A stretch of DNA of 64,000 nucleotides. It comes from an uncultured Pelagibacteraceae bacterium. GTDB lineage: Bacteria > Pseudomonadota > Alphaproteobacteria > Pelagibacterales > AG-422-B15. The stretch covers positions 48,567 to 112,566 of the forward strand of contig CABYDZ010000001.1 in assembly GCA_902517885.1 (NCBI GenBank). The letters are read 5' to 3'. Within the stretch, counting starts at the first letter, position 1, and each line of letters starts with the position of its first letter. The notes under the pieces were generated by a model, which did no database searches, had not been told where the DNA came from, and saw only the letters and a list, made by a program, of their open reading frames with translations. The position numbers were made by a program, and so were the translations under genes. Shown one piece after another: positions 60,892 through 64,000 of the stretch.

Positions 60892-62114
60892 TGCCTAAAG
60901 AAACACAGAAGTACAAAGCTCAGAAATCCAAGATCACCGCTACGCTGGCAGACAAACTCAAACCACAGAAGAAGTCTCCACGTCCAGGAGACAAAGGACC
61001 TAGATATAACGTTAATCGACTCTGGGATACCGATATTAAGGGCTTTTATCTTGAGTGTGGTACTGGTGGCACCAAGACGTGGTATCTACGCTATTCAAAT
61101 AAATTTCAAAGGAAACAGACCTATAAGATTGGTCGTTATCCAGCAATCACCGTACCGTCAGCCAGGAAGGAGGCTTTAATAAAGCTTGGTGAGGTAGCAC
61201 AGGACATTGATATCCAGAAAGAAAAAAGACAGCAGATATCACAGGGTTCAGTTGCAGAGTTCAGTAAGAAATATCTGAAGATGCTCCCTGATTATAAATC
61301 TAAACACCGAGAGGTTTGGTGTCATGAGAAACGTATTGTTCCATCTATTGGACACTTGAAACTGAAGGAAGTTGATAGGGAAGTCATCATGACAATGATG
61401 AAGAAATATGATCACTTGGGGGCAGACTGGGTGCGGACCAAAGTCATGCTACATAAATTCTTCAAAGAGATGATGTTAAATAAGCGGATTTCATACAATC
61501 CGGTAGCCGATATTCCTACACCTAAAGACAAGAAATATAAGCCACGTACAGTCGTAATGACACCAGAACAGGTACTAAAGGTTAGAGAATTTTTAATTCA
61601 GGAAGTAGAAACACACCCAATACACTGTTATTACCTGGGACTACTTCTAGCAATTGGAGCCAGACCTGGTGAGTTGATCAAAATAACTTGGGATCAAATC
61701 GATCTTAAGAATGCGACGATGGGTAACTTGTCAATTGGGGAAGGTGCTGGAACAAAGACTGGCGATAAAGACATACCCATATCAGATGTTGCATTGAAGT
61801 ATTTCAAGGAACTATACAAACATACTGGTACTTTCAAGTGGTGTTTCCCTGGACTTAATCCCACTAAACACATGTCCTCATACAGAGATTTCTACGACAA
61901 AGTTAGAGCGTATGCTGGCATAGGCAAAGTACAGATGAGAGATTTTAGAAGAACTTTTATCACTGCTGGTGCAAAGTCCTCAGATGATATCCACGCAGTA
62001 TCACAGATTGTGCAACACTCAGATATTAATATCACTGCTAAAGTTTATGATCAGGTAGATGATAAGAGGCAACGTAAAGCGTTGAAGAAGATAAAAGGTG
62101 TGGCCTTACTATGA
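60891..62114 (+). CDS. Tyrosine recombinase/integrase with N-terminal arm-DNA-binding domain
   Basis: LWDTDIKGFYL...KTWYLRY...KIGRYPAITVPSAR arm domain; catalytic GARPGE, TKTG, RDFRR, QHSD...VY; GGAGG 4 nt before ATG 60891. Confidence 0.92.
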   Translation: MPKETQKYKAQKSKITATLADKLKPQKKSPRPGDKGPRYNVNRLWDTDIKGFYLECGTGGTKTWYLRYSNKFQRKQTYKIGRYPAITVPSARKEALIKLGEVAQDIDIQKEKRQQISQGSVAEFSKKYLKMLPDYKSKHREVWCHEKRIVPSIGHLKLKEVDREVIMTMMKKYDHLGADWVRTKVMLHKFFKEMMLNKRISYNPVADIPTPKDKKYKPRTVVMTPEQVLKVREFLIQEVETHPIHCYYLGLLLAIGARPGELIKITWDQIDLKNATMGNLSIGEGAGTKTGDKDIPISDVALKYFKELYKHTGTFKWCFPGLNPTKHMSSYRDFYDKVRAYAGIGKVQMRDFRRTFITAGAKSSDDIHAVSQIVQHSDINITAKVYDQVDDKRQRKALKKIKGVALL

Positions 62115-62278
62115 TCGAACTCATAATGCTTAAGATGTGTTTTGAGAACGGTGAACTAGAGAAGTATATTGAGGAACATACAAACGTTGCCACCGTAATC
62201 TACGCCAGCTATGATGAGGAAGAAAGTACAATTGAGAGCGATAGAAAATGCTACTATATTTCTATCGAACGCTGGTGA
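62111..62278 (+). CDS. Small acidic hypothetical protein (55 aa), not in the ORF track
   Basis: ATGA overlap with the integrase stop; MIELIMLKMCFENGELEKYIEEHTNVATVIYASYDEEESTIESDRKCYYISIERW; ends 4 bp before the next ATG. Confidence 0.5.
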   Translation: MIELIMLKMCFENGELEKYIEEHTNVATVIYASYDEEESTIESDRKCYYISIERW

Positions 62279-62282
62279 AAAT

Positions 62283-63152
62283 ATGAAACGAGTATTAGAC
62301 TTCACCGTTGCAAACATTGGCCACCCAGAGAGTTTTCAAAAAACCTTGCTTGAGCCATTAGCCGTAATGGGTATTGAGTTATCTGAGATTGGTAAACACT
62401 CAGCACAATCAGCTTTTGATCACTTTGTTCATAGGTTTTATGAACTGTATGACATTCACCAATACGACCAATATCCTGAAGCCAAGAAGCTCGATCAGTT
62501 TGACAAGAAGATTGAAAGCTTGTGGAAAGTTGTAGCTGAAGAAAATCGACGAGATCTTGAGGCTATGCAAGAGCTAGAGAAAGCTTTATTGAAAGCTCAG
62601 GACGAGATAAGAAAAATGAAACGTCACCGTGAAGAAAACCCAAAGAGTGATACTGTATATCCTCCAGGTGTAGTTATGCTTTGTCAGCATTTAATACTTT
62701 ACTGGGATGACTGGATGCGGAACTTTATGGTGAAACATAAACCAGGGGCATCAGTTAAAAGTTACTTCTATCAAATTGATAACCAGATGACCTTCGAATT
62801 ACAAAAACATCTTCTTGAAGGCGTGGATGTTAATAGTAATCCTGGCGGAGCATTTATACAGAGAGCATTTTATAATTACTGGGGTATTGATTTTACAACA
62901 GCCCAAATGAAAACCCTGATCCTGAAAGCGTGGGAGAGTAAACCCACCAAAGACGAATTAAATATTAAGCCACACATACCGTTAGATATTTGGTTGAGAC
63001 ACCAGAATTTAAGTATGGATCAAGTGGTAGAGGAAGAAGTAGCTGGTAGTTTTAAGTTGCAGCAGTTTTCAGCATCAAATGAATATATGGCATCACTGCA
63101 AGAGACTATCGATAACCTCCGAAAGTGGAGAGAAGAAAAAAATAAGAAGTAG
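62283..63152 (+). CDS. Hypothetical protein with central coiled coil
   Basis: Long ORF; start at MKRVLDF preferred (the track start at 62211 overlaps the small ORF); no family recognised. Confidence 0.7.
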   Translation: MKRVLDFTVANIGHPESFQKTLLEPLAVMGIELSEIGKHSAQSAFDHFVHRFYELYDIHQYDQYPEAKKLDQFDKKIESLWKVVAEENRRDLEAMQELEKALLKAQDEIRKMKRHREENPKSDTVYPPGVVMLCQHLILYWDDWMRNFMVKHKPGASVKSYFYQIDNQMTFELQKHLLEGVDVNSNPGGAFIQRAFYNYWGIDFTTAQMKTLILKAWESKPTKDELNIKPHIPLDIWLRHQNLSMDQVVEEEVAGSFKLQQFSASNEYMASLQETIDNLRKWREEKNKK

Positions 63153-63177
63153 ATCCAGAAATTATCCAGTCAACTTT

Positions 63178-63205
63178 TTGACCGCATAAAAACAGTTAGT
63201 AAAGT
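63178..63205 (+). promoter_or_regulatory. Possible sigma70 promoter for the excisionase-like operon
   Basis: TTGACC-16 nt-TAAAGT in the only sizeable gap between the element's ORFs. Confidence 0.3.
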
Positions 63206-63239
63206 TGTTAGTGTTTCACGAGTATTCTATCTATAGAGT

Positions 63240-63587
63240 ATGGAAAACAAAACACCAGAACTTGATATTGATGTTTATGCTCTCATCCCTGAGCTACTCG
63301 ACCTAGAACAAATTCATCATTTGTACGGGCTGGCACCAGGTACGATTAGAAGAGAGAGATGGCAACAAAAACTAATTAAAGAACGAAAAATTAAAGCTGA
63401 GGATGTAAAGAAAATTAATACCTCAGGTTTTGGCTTTTTGTATGAACCTGTCCTTATGTACGGGAAACTTTATTACAGACGAAAAGACGTAGAGCATTTC
63501 ATAAAGACCTGCCAAGAAAAATCACCAATGGAACAACTGCGACTTGCATCAATAGCTGGCAGAGCGCGCGAAGGTAAGAGTGTATGA
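63240..63587 (+). CDS. Excisionase/AlpA-like (MerR-fold HTH) DNA-binding protein
   Basis: LLDLEQIHHLYGLAPGTIRRERW helix-turn-helix and GKLYYRRKDVEHFI wing-helix pattern; near an integrase. Confidence 0.6.
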   Translation: MENKTPELDIDVYALIPELLDLEQIHHLYGLAPGTIRRERWQQKLIKERKIKAEDVKKINTSGFGFLYEPVLMYGKLYYRRKDVEHFIKTCQEKSPMEQLRLASIAGRAREGKSV

Positions 63588-64000
63588 TTGATAAAGCTAT
63601 ACGATTAGAGCGGGAACTAAAACGAAGTGGAAAGATTGATAAAAATTTATCTAAAATCTCAACTGATGAATTTCCAGAAAAAGTTTTTCCAAAGATTGAA
63701 CGCGGCCCCGAGGCATATAACGCCAGTCTTATTGATTTAATCGACAACATACGCAGCACTACACCTGGACCAGAGGGTAAACAATTTGTGCTACCTAAAT
63801 ATACAGACGTGCCAACACAGAAAATTAAACATTTTAAACCTCCAACGACCGCAGAGATTTTGAGAATGTTCAATGATAATTTTACCTTAGGTGGCACTAA
63901 CGACTTTGAAGAATTTAAAACAAAACTATTCAATCGAGAATATAACGACCTAGAAATCGACCTTACAGACTACCTCGATTATGTGTTTGATGGTGAGGAA
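63584..64000 (+). CDS. Hypothetical protein, 3'-truncated by window
   Basis: ATGA overlap with previous stop; 139 open codons MIDKAIRLERELKRSG...DYVFDGEE. Confidence 0.7.
   Translation, partial: MIDKAIRLERELKRSGKIDKNLSKISTDEFPEKVFPKIERGPEAYNASLIDLIDNIRSTTPGPEGKQFVLPKYTDVPTQKIKHFKPPTTAEILRMFNDNFTLGGTNDFEEFKTKLFNREYNDLEIDLTDYLDYVFDGEE

Larger units (their letters stand above)
60524..64000. mobile_element. Left end of a tRNA-Thr-targeting integrative element (prophage, satellite or genomic island); continues beyond the window
   Basis: tRNA 3' fragment, arm-type repeats, tyrosine integrase, excisionase-like HTH and orphan ORFs. Confidence 0.85.

Noticed and set aside
60614-60898. 94-aa ORF across the att/tRNA region
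   Set aside because: It overlaps arm repeats and the tRNA, shows no protein motif, and is probably spurious.
35-63933. Short antisense or nested ORFs in the track (e.g. 35..334, 1879..2079, 21917..22255, 38873..39133, 52444..52743, 63499..63933)
   Set aside because: They are shadows of well-supported genes on the other strand or frame, with no motifs.

Overview
AT-rich, densely packed bacterial chromosome segment. Gene content and minimal intergenic spacing suggest a streamlined marine alphaproteobacterium (inference). From left to right: acyl-CoA/beta-oxidation genes, a stand-alone rfbA with ProX/NUDIX genes, an esterase-GPH symporter-galK-GH1 sugar operon, glutathione-dependent enzymes, a PotADBC-type ABC transporter with an aldehyde dehydrogenase, an uncharacterised dipeptidase/552-aa/DUF3726 operon, a GlnT/GmaS-type ligase, a tandem winged-helix protein, a giant LEPRxLL/DUF4347/VCBS-repeat adhesin with a TolC fusion and three membrane-fusion proteins but no ABC ATPase, urease ureDABCEFG divergent from urtABCDE, and ptrB. 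From about 60.5 kb lies the left end of an integrative element inserted in a tRNA-Thr(GGT) gene. The most striking observation is a complete 74-nt tRNA-Thr(GGT) cloverleaf (60818-60891) with a non-canonical T-loop (GTCAGTA). Its acceptor stem contains the integrase Shine-Dalgarno sequence and the last A of its CCA is the A of the integrase ATG. The displaced host tRNA fragment about 250 bp away has the same T-loop. Also notable are the ATPase-less, M50-peptidase-containing adhesin export module and a shared CCCA-N3-TGGG palindrome linking it to the tandem-HTH gene. All product calls come from reading motifs by eye; no database searches were run.
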